Assembly: GCA_038845975.1 (NCBI GenBank) | Contig: JAWBQF010000001.1 | Span: 1-64,000 of the forward strand | DNA: 64,000 nucleotides | Direction of reading: 5' to 3' | From: Candidatus Methanomethylicia archaeon | GTDB lineage: Archaea; Thermoproteota; Methanomethylicia; CALHIW01 | Part shown: piece by piece, positions 40,566 through 50,680 of the stretch | Layout: each line of letters starts with the position of its first letter | How positions within the stretch are numbered: position 1 is the stretch's first letter | Notes under the pieces: generated by a model | Told to the model about the DNA's origin: nothing | Databases searched by the model: none | The model's input: only the letters and a program-made list of their open reading frames with translations | Translations under genes and position numbers: made by a program

Positions 40566-42514
40566 TGAATATATTGAAGAGTTCTCTTTCAGCATATGAT
40601 ATATACTTCATAGTAAATGAGTTAAAATCCTTAATCATTCCATCAAGGATTACAAACATATATCAACTATCTCCATCTATTTTCATTATTAAAGTTTACA
40701 ACTCAAAACATGGAACTCTTGAAATATTAATTGATCCCAAAAGAAGAATTAATATAACGAATTATCCATATCCTAAGCCCGGTAAGCCCCCATCTAAGTG
40801 CTTAACATTAAGAAGATTAATTAGAGGCTCTACTATAAAGAGTATTGAGCAAATAGATTTTGAAAGAGTAGTTGTATTAATCCTCTCTAAAAACAATGAA
40901 ACTTACAAGCTAATACTTGAAATATTTAATAGTGGAAACATAATACTTGAAAGAAATGAAAGAATAGTATGGATTCTTAAAAGTAGAAGTACTGGGGATC
41001 GAAAGCTGGAAGCTGGACTTCCCTATACTCCTCCACGAATAGTTAAAGATATTAATAGTTTAATACTTGAAAATTTTAGAAATACTGATAAGTCATTAGC
41101 TAAATTCCTCCTCCTACATGTAGGACTACCTATAGAGCTGACTAAAGAGATACTATACAGATTAAATCTAGATCCCAACATTAAAGCCAGTGAAGTTTCT
41201 GAAAATCAGATAGTTCAACTACTTGATAAAGTTAAGGAATTACTCAATGAGGAAGCTAATCCAAATATTGTAGAGACAAGCAAAGGATTAACTATTCACC
41301 CTATATTGTTCAAATCCGAATCTGGTAGTGTAAAGCTATATAAAACATTTAATGAAGCTGTAGATGAATACTTTAAAAATACTACAATTATGGAGATTTC
41401 TGAGGCTAGACTTGGAAGCATTAGGGATGAAGCTGGAAGATTAAGATCTACAATTAAAATTCAAGAAGCTAAAATAGCTGAACGCTATGAGGAGGCAAAG
41501 AAACTAAGACTTCAAGCTGAAAGGCTAAAATCCAATTTAAAAGTAATTAGTGAATTGTTAGAGTATTTAAAAAGGTATATTGATGACTATGGATGGAATA
41601 GTCTTGCTAGAGATGTTAGGAATGGAGCTGTTAAGCCACCATTAAATATTATTAGAGATATTGATTTGAAAAATAAGATTGTTAAGGTTAAGATTGATGA
41701 TGAACTAATACCTATCATAGCTAATAAATCCCCATATAAAAGCATAGAGGCTCTATATACTAAAGCAAAAGAAATTGAAGAGAAAAATAGAAGAGGGGAA
41801 GAAGCTCTAAAAACTCTTAGAGAAAAGCTGAAAGCTCTTGAAGATAGGATTGAGAAGAGTGTTGAAGTTAAGATATTTAGGAAGAGTAAGGCATGGTATG
41901 AAAAGTTTCATTGGTTCATATCTTCTGAAGGATTTCTCGTAATAGCTGGTAGAGATGCTACGCAAAATGAGGTTTTATATAGGAGATACATTGAGGCACA
42001 TGATATAGTACTACATGCAGATATTCATGGCTCACCATTAACAGTGGTGAAAACGCAAGGTAGACAAGTAGGAGAGCAGACACTTATTGAAGCATCAATA
42101 TTTACAGCTTCATATTCAAAGGCATGGAGGGAAAATATGATTGTTGATGTCTACTGGGTATATCCAAATCAAATATCTAAAACCCCACCTTCAGGGACAT
42201 ATTTAAGGAAGGGAAGCTTCATAATTACTGGACGTAAAAACTATATTAAAATACCTGAAATTAAGATATCAATTGGACTTGTTAAAAATGAACATCTAAA
42301 TATAATATATGGACCTGAATCAGCAGTCCGTTCTAAGACAAGATTTTATGTTTCAATATCTCCTGGAAACATTAATGTTGAAACCACATCAAAAATGGTT
42401 AAGAAACTGCTAATGGAGAAGGTAGAACCAAGTCTTAAAGATGAGTTAAGCAATATTTCTGAAGATGAAATAAAAACACTAATACCTGGGAAAGCTTCAG
42501 TTGTGTATAGCTAG
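40565..42514 (+). CDS. rqcH: Ribosome quality-control protein RqcH/Rqc2 (NEMF/NFACT family)
   Basis: LS..DI...V.EL, I.Q.DFERVV, WYEKFHWFISSEGFLVIAGRDA.QNE, HADIHGSP, SKTPPSG.YL.KGSF. Confidence 0.92.
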   Translation: MNILKSSLSAYDIYFIVNELKSLIIPSRITNIYQLSPSIFIIKVYNSKHGTLEILIDPKRRINITNYPYPKPGKPPSKCLTLRRLIRGSTIKSIEQIDFERVVVLILSKNNETYKLILEIFNSGNIILERNERIVWILKSRSTGDRKLEAGLPYTPPRIVKDINSLILENFRNTDKSLAKFLLLHVGLPIELTKEILYRLNLDPNIKASEVSENQIVQLLDKVKELLNEEANPNIVETSKGLTIHPILFKSESGSVKLYKTFNEAVDEYFKNTTIMEISEARLGSIRDEAGRLRSTIKIQEAKIAERYEEAKKLRLQAERLKSNLKVISELLEYLKRYIDDYGWNSLARDVRNGAVKPPLNIIRDIDLKNKIVKVKIDDELIPIIANKSPYKSIEALYTKAKEIEEKNRRGEEALKTLREKLKALEDRIEKSVEVKIFRKSKAWYEKFHWFISSEGFLVIAGRDATQNEVLYRRYIEAHDIVLHADIHGSPLTVVKTQGRQVGEQTLIEASIFTASYSKAWRENMIVDVYWVYPNQISKTPPSGTYLRKGSFIITGRKNYIKIPEIKISIGLVKNEHLNIIYGPESAVRSKTRFYVSISPGNINVETTSKMVKKLLMEKVEPSLKDELSNISEDEIKTLIPGKASVVYS

Positions 42515-42572
42515 ACACAGTACTTATCTGGAAAAATATAAATAATATCTCCCTATACTTACTTAGATAAGT

Positions 42573-43145
42573 ATGACCTCTATTAGATCAAGACTTCTCG
42601 TTAAGGATGTTATGACTAGAAGCATCATATCCATTTCCCCTAAAGCCTCCATTACTGAAGCTGCAAGAATTATGAGTGAGAAAGATATTGGAGGTGTACT
42701 TGTAATTGATGAAAATAAGCCTGTTGGAATGCTAACTGAAAGAGATATTGTTAGGAGAGTTGTAGCGCAAGGGTTAAACCCATCAAATACTAGAGTTGAG
42801 GAAGCTATGTCAGCCCCACTATTCTTTATAGATGCAAACGCTGAAATTTCAGATGCTGCAAGGCTCATGGCTACCGAGAATATTAGACGTCTACCAGTAA
42901 TGGATAAAGGTAAGCTTGTAGGAATATTAACAACATATGATATTCTTACAATAGCTCCAGAACTATTTGATACTTTATCAATACTTAAAGCCCAGCCTAA
43001 ATCTAGAGAGTCTAAATCTAGACGTAATGATTTTATGATTGGATGGTGTGATAGCTGTAGTGAATGGTGTGACGATTTAAGGGAGGTTGACGGTCAATAT
43101 CTATGTGGTGAATGTTATTTTGAACATGTAGGCTCAGAAACGTAG
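42573..43145 (+). CDS. CBS-pair protein with C-terminal Zn ribbon
   Basis: VKDVMT, G.LTERDIV, IRRLPV; GWCDSC...GQYLCGEC. Confidence 0.9.
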   Translation: MTSIRSRLLVKDVMTRSIISISPKASITEAARIMSEKDIGGVLVIDENKPVGMLTERDIVRRVVAQGLNPSNTRVEEAMSAPLFFIDANAEISDAARLMATENIRRLPVMDKGKLVGILTTYDILTIAPELFDTLSILKAQPKSRESKSRRNDFMIGWCDSCSEWCDDLREVDGQYLCGECYFEHVGSET

Positions 43146-43218
43146 ATCTAAATGGCTTTTATAACTTCATCAAAATTAAGCTCAACATTAAATTATGAAA
43201 TTAAGGTATTATTGAAGT

Positions 43219-43713
43219 ATGGCTGATCCTATATTCATAGTTGATGGAATGCTTGGCAATCTTGCTAGATGGCTTAGAATACTTGGATATGATACTATGT
43301 ACTGTCCTCTTTCAGATGATATAATATTGGAGAAAGCATATAGTGAGGGAAGAATACTATTAACTAAGGATAAAGCTTTATTTAGGAGTGCTGTTAGGAA
43401 GGGAGTTAAATCAATACTTATAGATGGTGAAAATATTGCAGATATCTTACTAAACATAGCTTTAACTCTAAATATTAGAGTTAAACCTCAAAAAACGTCA
43501 CGCTGCCCAATTTGTAATGGATATCTTAATGAGGTTGGAAGCAATAATATAAGAAATCTTGTTCCAAAAAATATTCTTAGTAAAAACAGTATTTTCTGGA
43601 TTTGTAGAAGTTGTGGAAAAGTTTACTGGCATGGCTCACATTGGAGATTAATAACATCAACGTTAAGTAGAGTAGATAAAATGATTAAAAACGTCAACAA
43701 AGCTGAAATTTAG
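43219..43713 (+). CDS. Mut7-C RNase (PIN-fold, DUF82) domain protein
   Basis: FIVDGMLG.LARWLRILGYDT, RILLTKD, RCP.CNG.L, C.SCGKVYW.GSHW. Confidence 0.92.
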   Translation: MADPIFIVDGMLGNLARWLRILGYDTMYCPLSDDIILEKAYSEGRILLTKDKALFRSAVRKGVKSILIDGENIADILLNIALTLNIRVKPQKTSRCPICNGYLNEVGSNNIRNLVPKNILSKNSIFWICRSCGKVYWHGSHWRLITSTLSRVDKMIKNVNKAEI

Positions 43714-43845
43714 CTTTCCAACATTAATTTAAAGTATAATATTCTCTTAAAGCAATGATTTAAGACATTTATCATAAACCCTTCAAATCCACTAGTACCC
43801 AGGAAAACTTATAAATCCTTAGGATACTGTCTATAGGGTGGCATA

Positions 43846-44484
43846 ATGTTAAGTGAGGCTGATGGTGCTTTCCTTGTATCTATTGCTAGACGAGCTGTTG
43901 AAACATATTTGAAGCATGGATATAAAATCGAGCCCCCTAAAGATACTCCGGGACATTTAATGGAGAAAATGGGTGTGTTTGTTACTATTGAAAGAATATA
44001 TTTTGTTAAAGGTCAACGTAGAAAGGAGCTTAGAGGATGTATTGGATACCCTGAACCTATTCTACCACTAGTTGAGGCAACAATAGATAGTGCATTAAAT
44101 GCCGCATTTAATGATCCTCGCTTCAATCCCTTAAAGGAGAATGAGCTTAACAAAGTTATTTTTGAGTTAAGCGTTTTAACACCACCTAAATTATTAAGTG
44201 TAAGTAGACCTGAAGAATATCCAAAAATGATAAAGGTTGGAAGGGATGGTTTAATCGTTGAAAGAGCATTTTATAAAGGATTACTTCTACCACAAGTTGC
44301 TGTTGAGTGGGGCTGGGATGAAGAAACATTCCTTGCTGAAGTATGTCTTAAAGCTGGTTTGCCTCCAGATGCATGGCTTTTAAAGGGGACTAAAATCTAT
44401 GTTTTCCAAGCTGAAATATTTACAGAGCTTGAACCGAATGGACATGTAATAAAAATGGACATCTCTAAGGGTATTGAGAAATAA
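43846..44484 (+). CDS. AMMECR1-domain protein (TIGR00296-like)
   Basis: GVFVT, LRGCIG, AAF.DPRF, GLLLPQV, C.KAGL. Confidence 0.95.
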   Translation: MLSEADGAFLVSIARRAVETYLKHGYKIEPPKDTPGHLMEKMGVFVTIERIYFVKGQRRKELRGCIGYPEPILPLVEATIDSALNAAFNDPRFNPLKENELNKVIFELSVLTPPKLLSVSRPEEYPKMIKVGRDGLIVERAFYKGLLLPQVAVEWGWDEETFLAEVCLKAGLPPDAWLLKGTKIYVFQAEIFTELEPNGHVIKMDISKGIEK

Positions 44485-45654
44485 TTATTTCAACTCCTTT
44501 ACTACTACTGTTTTATACTCTTTATTAACAATACTTATCCAATTAATATCTTCTAAAATTCCTATAATGTTTTTAAGATCAACTTCTAGAGCATATTTTC
44601 CTGTAGTTAAACTACATTCCTGTACTTCCCAATCATTGTATAATCCAATTTCTTCAGCAATTCTTCTAATTTTATATTTGCTAAGTCCTTTTAAAGGTTT
44701 AAATATAGGCACATTGATGAATCCATCTATAGATAATATGTTTGATTTGTATGATCTATATTCTTCACAAACTACAATACCATTAGCTTTAATGTCCTTA
44801 CAAAGCTTCTCCACTACCTTATACATTATCATTCTACATACAGTACAAATCATTTCTCTAGATATCTTCCTGTTAAGCTCTTCAATAGAATATGTATGGT
44901 TAAATAAATATATCTTAAGCTTTTCTTCAGGTATATATTCCCGTAATCTCCTCAATATATTAGTAATCCTAGCTTCATATTCTCCTGAAGCATATTGATC
45001 TAAGCTAAACTGTACAGGTACTATTACGTATCCTTCTCTAGCCATAATCCATGTAGAAATAGCACTCTTAATATCCCCTAGTATTATCGATAAAATTTTT
45101 CCTCTAATACCATATGGTAACCCTCCAACACCTTTATACTTTTCAAAATATATGTATGATTTTCTACCTTTAACATTAACAAATACTTTAATGTGAGGTT
45201 TCCTTAAACTGGTTTTAACATTTTCAATTCCCTTTTCTTCAGCTCTTGATAGTATTTCTGCACTAAGACAAACTTCAATATCCCTACTTGTAAATGATAA
45301 GTTTTCAAGCTGCCCCCTAACCCTAACAGCAAACGTACTTCCTCTACTAATTCTTCTAGCTACAACTTGAGATCCTATACTTGTAATTTCATGAATATCT
45401 GTCTTAACTTCAACAGCTGGAATTATTGATGCAACACCAAAAACTGTTATTATATACTTTAAAATGCTTAAAGGATCTTCAGAGTAAATAAATACTTCAC
45501 TACTTCCAACAGCTATTTTAAACCTACCAATATTATATTTCAAAAGTTTAAACTTTAGGTTTTCAGCTAGCTTATTTAGTACCTTTCTATAGGTATATCT
45601 GCTCCCAAAAATATTCTCTCTACATTTAATAATTAAAACATTATAGTCAACCAT
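44485..45654 (-). CDS. THUMP-domain ThiI-like protein with degenerate PP-loop
   Basis: VFGVASI, TFAVRVR, GVGGLPYG; SGGIDS replaced by LGDIKS; CTVCR kept. Confidence 0.8.
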   Translation of the reverse strand: MVDYNVLIIKCRENIFGSRYTYRKVLNKLAENLKFKLLKYNIGRFKIAVGSSEVFIYSEDPLSILKYIITVFGVASIIPAVEVKTDIHEITSIGSQVVARRISRGSTFAVRVRGQLENLSFTSRDIEVCLSAEILSRAEEKGIENVKTSLRKPHIKVFVNVKGRKSYIYFEKYKGVGGLPYGIRGKILSIILGDIKSAISTWIMAREGYVIVPVQFSLDQYASGEYEARITNILRRLREYIPEEKLKIYLFNHTYSIEELNRKISREMICTVCRMIMYKVVEKLCKDIKANGIVVCEEYRSYKSNILSIDGFINVPIFKPLKGLSKYKIRRIAEEIGLYNDWEVQECSLTTGKYALEVDLKNIIGILEDINWISIVNKEYKTVVVKELK

Positions 45655-45712
45655 ACCTAACTCTTACTCTAGTTAAATGTATGTTTGACTGTTAACTTAG
45701 TTTAAATGCTAA

Positions 45713-46471
45713 CTATGTCTCACCACATTCACACCATACTTCATGTATTAAACCGTAAAGCTCCTCAAATCCTTTACTAGTAGTTGCTGATATAGGTATT
45801 ATTGTTTTTATCGGGGTTATGTTGATTAGGACATCAGTACATTTTAAGGCTAAATCTCTCTGAACACCATTAATTTTCCTAATAGCCTTTCTAAGCATTC
45901 TTCTATTAGAAACTATTTTAATAACTTCTTTAGATGTCACTAAGTCAAACTTATTTATAACAGCTAACGTTGGCGTTTCAAGCTTAAGCCTAACAATAAG
46001 ATTTAATAATTCCATCACTACTACTTCAACTGGGCTTATTAGCGTTTTTGGGTCTATGAGGAGTATCGATATAGTCCTAATATGTTGTCTAATAGCTCTT
46101 ATAATTTCTACCCCGCTCCTATGGAATAAAAATATTTCCATTTGACCAGGTGTATCGATTAAGTACATGTTCTTATTGATATTCAGAATATTATTAACGA
46201 TCTCTCCGCTTTTAGCTTCCATAAGCTCAGCAGCTCTAATTACAGCTCCATTAGGTCCCAGTTTCTCTTTAGTCATTATATCCTCAACATCAATTATCGA
46301 TCTAATATCATAATCTGCATTATAAGGTATGTTTCTAGCCGCGGGATCTAAGTTAATTAATGCCGTATCAATATCTAGCTCTGAAAGCCAATAACCGAAT
46401 CTATGTGTAAGTGTAGTTTTTCCACTACCCGCAGGGCCAAGAAGTACAATACATGTTTTATTTTTACTCAT
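45713..46471 (-). CDS. GPN-loop GTPase
   Basis: GPAGSGKTT, INLDPA, LGPNGA, IDTPGQME, NKFD, SAT. Confidence 0.95.
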   Translation of the reverse strand: MSKNKTCIVLLGPAGSGKTTLTHRFGYWLSELDIDTALINLDPAARNIPYNADYDIRSIIDVEDIMTKEKLGPNGAVIRAAELMEAKSGEIVNNILNINKNMYLIDTPGQMEIFLFHRSGVEIIRAIRQHIRTISILLIDPKTLISPVEVVVMELLNLIVRLKLETPTLAVINKFDLVTSKEVIKIVSNRRMLRKAIRKINGVQRDLALKCTDVLINITPIKTIIPISATTSKGFEELYGLIHEVWCECGET

Positions 46472-47446
46472 GATTACACATAGACTATTAAGCTTAAATA
46501 CTTATGACTCTAACCATTATTTTCTCTGAAACTAACTACCTTTATGATCTTATGTCTTAATGATTGCTAGAAGCTAAGATGAAATCTCTAGATTTAGATA
46601 ACTAAATAATTTAGATATTCATTATTAACTTAAGCCATTAATTACCTCTACTTCCATATCTAAGCCTACCATAAATGTTTTTACTCTGAATACTCAGAAA
46701 TTTGTAAAAATAAAAATCACAATTTCTAATTACTATAACATCAGCTAACCGTTATTGTACTATTTCCTCAAATAAATAAGCCCAATTTCCTCTAGAAAAC
46801 ACCTCCTTAATGAGGAGTATACAATAAAGCCGGAATATATCTACTAGGGAGTTTAAAACTAAGTTTAATTAACTCTAGTTTTTAGAAGTGAATTTACATT
46901 CAATCGAATTAAGAAGGCAAGTACTTCAAGATAAGCCTTAAACCCTTTAATCTATAAAAGACATTAACTCATTCTTAAATTGTTTAAGAATTTAGAAGTC
47001 AAAACCTAGGCATTGAAGGTTGTGAAGAAACTTTTAAACTGATTAATGAATCAAACTTGTAAGATGGGAGTCAATAAACAACTCATAATCCTAGTTTGGA
47101 TTTAAACCATGGAATATAGTCATGTAATGCATATATAATATTGCATCTACCAATTTTGACTGCTTTCTTGTTAGTGTTTCTTAATCAAATAAATGGGTAA
47201 GAAGAGTAGTAATATTTAAAATGCCTATTACGATAAATAAAATCCTAATCTATAGGTAATAAGAGGACTATTGGCTGAAATTCTTCTGAAAATTATAATA
47301 CTACTAAGTCATATTATAGCTAGAGGTATGAAGACTGTTAGTAATTCTACTAATCTATGCAGTATTTCAAGAATAGATAGCTACAATTTTAAATATTTTC
47401 ATGCTCTAGATACATTAATATTGCTCTATATTAGAAATTGTAAGCT

Positions 47447-47632
47447 ATGATATACATAGTGCTTTTATGTCCGTTTTGTAAATCACCTAGAATTGTTAGA
47501 GCAAACCAGAAAACAGCTTTATGCTATACATGTAATAAGAGATTTAGTATTCTGAAATGTAGGAAACTATATTCATCAGATAACCTTAAAGTTGCTATGG
47601 AGATCCTTAAAAAAGTAAAGACTAATAGGTAA
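47447..47632 (+). CDS. Small Zn-ribbon protein (DUF1922-like)
   Basis: CPFC...QKTALC.TC.K.F. Confidence 0.7.
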   Translation: MIYIVLLCPFCKSPRIVRANQKTALCYTCNKRFSILKCRKLYSSDNLKVAMEILKKVKTNR

Positions 47633-47819
47633 ATCTATTCTGTATCTTATGAACTTAGATGTAAAGGTAGTGTAGTTGATGGTTTAATTCAATACAATCC
47701 TAGGTACAGTAAATTTTTAAGTCTTAATTTATACTATACATGGCGGATGAAGATAACTCTCTATCTGATAGATGAAGATCGATGGGCGAATTGACGCCAT
47801 AATTTTAAATTTTTAAGTA

Positions 47820-48250
47820 TAGAAAAGCGTCGACGTCTAGAAGCTCTATACTATTTAAGAGGTAAAGAAATTCTTGATGTTACTACCTATACTATCCGGT
47901 AATGGGATGGCAGAGTAGTATTAAAACGTGTTGGAACAATTGATGGTCATAGAAGAAGTCTTAAGAACAAGATAAAGCAAATTTAGGGTTAGGAGAAAAA
48001 TAAATTATTACGGATACGTAAAGCTTTTTTCAACATAAAGGGATAATTTGAAGAGGTAAAAGTAGCTATTAGTGGATTATACTAAATAGAATGGTAAAGT
48101 TCAAACTCCCCAAGATATTAGCTCTGAACTTAATGAGAGGGAAGTATTTTCTAAAGTTTAGGTTTCTAAGGGAGAATTTCAAAATCATAGTTGCTTAGGA
48201 GGATGAGCTTACAAGAACTGGATTTAAAGATTTAATTAAGCTTATGATGT
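47820..48250 (+). pseudogene. IS607-family TnpA serine recombinase relic
   Basis: KEILDVTTYTIR*WDGRVVLKRVGTIDGHRR (MerR-like HTH) and KIIVA*EDELTRTGFKDL (decayed DRLTRFGF); several stops and frameshifts. Confidence 0.75.
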
Positions 48251-48257
48251 TTAGAGT

Positions 48258-50045
48258 TTAGGCTTCCTCAATAGTCTTTTCTTTAGTTTCAGTAACTACT
48301 TTTCTTTGGGAATAGTACATTTCTATAACCTCCTTAATTGTCGTTGCTTGTTCAGGTGATTTATCCGCTCTAAAGCTTACTAAGCGTGGAAATCTTAAAG
48401 CTAGGCCTGCATCTTTTTTAATGATTCCATATCCACATGTATGCAAGGGTGAGAGAGTGATTTCATCAGCTTTTACTTCAAGAACAAGTTTTGGTATAAA
48501 CCATACATCTGCCTCCATATTAGTATTAACTCTGGCATGTCTATGAGGTATAATGTAGGGCTTAAATATTTCTGGTAGTTTCTGTAGGTCTTCATCTGTA
48601 AATCCACTTCCAAGTTTACATATACTATAGAACTCATCCTTCTCTTCATCGTACGCAGCCATTAGGAGTGCACCATATGATCCTGCACGTTTACCCTTAC
48701 CGTAAAATGCTCCAATAGCTACTAGATCCAGTGTATCTGCAAGCTCCCCCTTATATGATCTCTTATACTTAATCCATAGGTATCCCCTTGCTCCAGCTTG
48801 ATATACTGAATCATTTTGAATGGATTTACACATTATTCCCTCACAGCCATTGGATATGGCCTCGTTCATATATTTTTCAAGATCATCAGATGTTTTAGCG
48901 ATTTTATGCATTGATATTTTAACCCAATCTGTTTCCCTTATTATTTTTGCAAGTGTTTCTCTTCTTTCCAGAAAAGGTATTAATGTATAGTCCACTCCGT
49001 CAACATATAAAACATCGAATGCAAAAAAGACAACTGGAAGTTCTTTAGCTACCTCCTCAACATCGTATTTTCTACCTCTTCTATGAGCAACCATCTGGAA
49101 TGGAAGCATTTCACCAGTATCTGGATTAACTGCTACTCCTTCCCCTTCAATTATTGCTTCTCTAGCTATAATTGCATCTCTAATGTTTTTAGCTACATCT
49201 GGAAATTGTGAGGTTATGTTCTCAAGTCTTCTTGAGAATAGTCTAACATCTTTGCCTTTAACATGTGCCTGTATTCTTATACCATCATACTTATACTCAA
49301 CGAAAGCTATACCATTAAGTTTTTCCAGAATTTCCTCAGCCGATGTAAGTCTTTCAGCAAGCATTGGTCTAATAGGGTTTCCAATTGATATTTTGAATTT
49401 TTTAACCCCATTTATTCCCTCTTCAGCTAATACTCTTGCAACTCTACCTATATCACTACAAAGATTGTATGCTCTTTCAATATATTCCCTAACTTCCTTA
49501 CTGCCACCGAATGCTACGGCTAATGCATCAAGAATTGTCATGTCAGCAATACCAAGCCTTAGTTTTCCAATAACAAATCTTGCAATAAATTTAGCTTCTT
49601 GAGGATTTGCATCATTGAAGAGACTTGTTAAAATCCTAACTTTAATGTCTTGAGCTCCCTGTCCAGTAGCTCTAGCCATTTTCTCAAATCCTTCATAAAC
49701 TCTCTCAACAGTAAGAGGTTCTGAAAATAGTGATAGCTGTGCTTTTCTAGAAAGTATTTTCTTAGCTGTTTCTCCAAGATCTCCTATTTTTTCATATTCT
49801 TCTTCAACTATTTTTTCATTTATTCCTGCTGATATTGCTAATGCCTTCATTGCAAGTTTTTCAGCAACTCCAATTTCAACTCCAGTAAACGGAGGATATA
49901 GCTGACCTAGAGTAAGATTAATAACTTTCTCAATAAGGTTTTTAGGTGTTTTCTTTATAAGGTCAGCAAGATAATATGTTATTTCATTTCTTTTTGTTGT
50001 CCCCTCAATTTTATCATAAGCTTCTATGAGTTCTTCAAGTCTCAT
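48258..50045 (-). CDS. lig: ATP-dependent DNA ligase
   Basis: PMLA, EYKYDG.R.Q.H, EGE, EGIMCK, WIKYK, LRFPR. Confidence 0.98.
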   Translation of the reverse strand: MRLEELIEAYDKIEGTTKRNEITYYLADLIKKTPKNLIEKVINLTLGQLYPPFTGVEIGVAEKLAMKALAISAGINEKIVEEEYEKIGDLGETAKKILSRKAQLSLFSEPLTVERVYEGFEKMARATGQGAQDIKVRILTSLFNDANPQEAKFIARFVIGKLRLGIADMTILDALAVAFGGSKEVREYIERAYNLCSDIGRVARVLAEEGINGVKKFKISIGNPIRPMLAERLTSAEEILEKLNGIAFVEYKYDGIRIQAHVKGKDVRLFSRRLENITSQFPDVAKNIRDAIIAREAIIEGEGVAVNPDTGEMLPFQMVAHRRGRKYDVEEVAKELPVVFFAFDVLYVDGVDYTLIPFLERRETLAKIIRETDWVKISMHKIAKTSDDLEKYMNEAISNGCEGIMCKSIQNDSVYQAGARGYLWIKYKRSYKGELADTLDLVAIGAFYGKGKRAGSYGALLMAAYDEEKDEFYSICKLGSGFTDEDLQKLPEIFKPYIIPHRHARVNTNMEADVWFIPKLVLEVKADEITLSPLHTCGYGIIKKDAGLALRFPRLVSFRADKSPEQATTIKEVIEMYYSQRKVVTETKEKTIEEA

Positions 50046-50623
50046 TAACCACCGCCCTGGGTTTTTTCAACCATTCTCTCTAGAGTCCATCGTATAGAAT
50101 TCTTTAATTCCACTATTCTTCTTCTATCAGTAATGTTTTTAATTTCAAGTCCTTTAAAAACATTGTCTTCAATTTTAACATTATACTCTATGATTTTATC
50201 CGCTGGAAGCTGTCCCTTCTCAACTTTTTCTAGGTCTGCATTTCTCATTCCCTCTAAAACCTTATTTATAAGAAATGTCCTTAAGGGAGGTATTTCAGGA
50301 TCTAGTTTTAGGTTTTGTGAAACTTCAACTCTAATGTAGTTATCTCCCTCTATAAATTTTCCAAGAACAGCTCCTGTTTTTAAAGCTCTTAGAATACTTT
50401 CAACTTCTCCTGCTTTAGGTGTTGAAATTTGTGATGGTGTTGGTGCTGTTATCATTTCTGCAGCTGTTTTAAAAGAGGATTTTGAAAGCTGATCATCAAC
50501 AAGCTTTAAACATATTTTTAAATCGTTTAAAACCTTTTCATATTCTGTAATACGTTCCTCTAATGATTTTTTAAGGTTAGCGAGTTTTTTAATTTCCTCC
50601 TCGTTTAACGACATTATAATCAA
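50045..50623 (-). CDS. Hypothetical protein with N-terminal coiled coil, translationally coupled to lig
   Basis: 192 aa; TAA overlaps the lig ATG; PP.RTFL..KVL..M and NS.RWT..RM motifs. Confidence 0.8.
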   Translation of the reverse strand: MIIMSLNEEEIKKLANLKKSLEERITEYEKVLNDLKICLKLVDDQLSKSSFKTAAEMITAPTPSQISTPKAGEVESILRALKTGAVLGKFIEGDNYIRVEVSQNLKLDPEIPPLRTFLINKVLEGMRNADLEKVEKGQLPADKIIEYNVKIEDNVFKGLEIKNITDRRRIVELKNSIRWTLERMVEKTQGGG

Positions 50624-50680
50624 TATACTATGATTAGCTAGGGTTAATTAATATTACGGTATTTTAATAGTATTATTACG

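Noticed and set aside
46472-47446. ~1-kb non-coding gap with a weak IR (46752-46827)
   Set aside because: No ORF, GC-rich RNA or recognisable transposase fragment; probably eroded mobile DNA but unsupported
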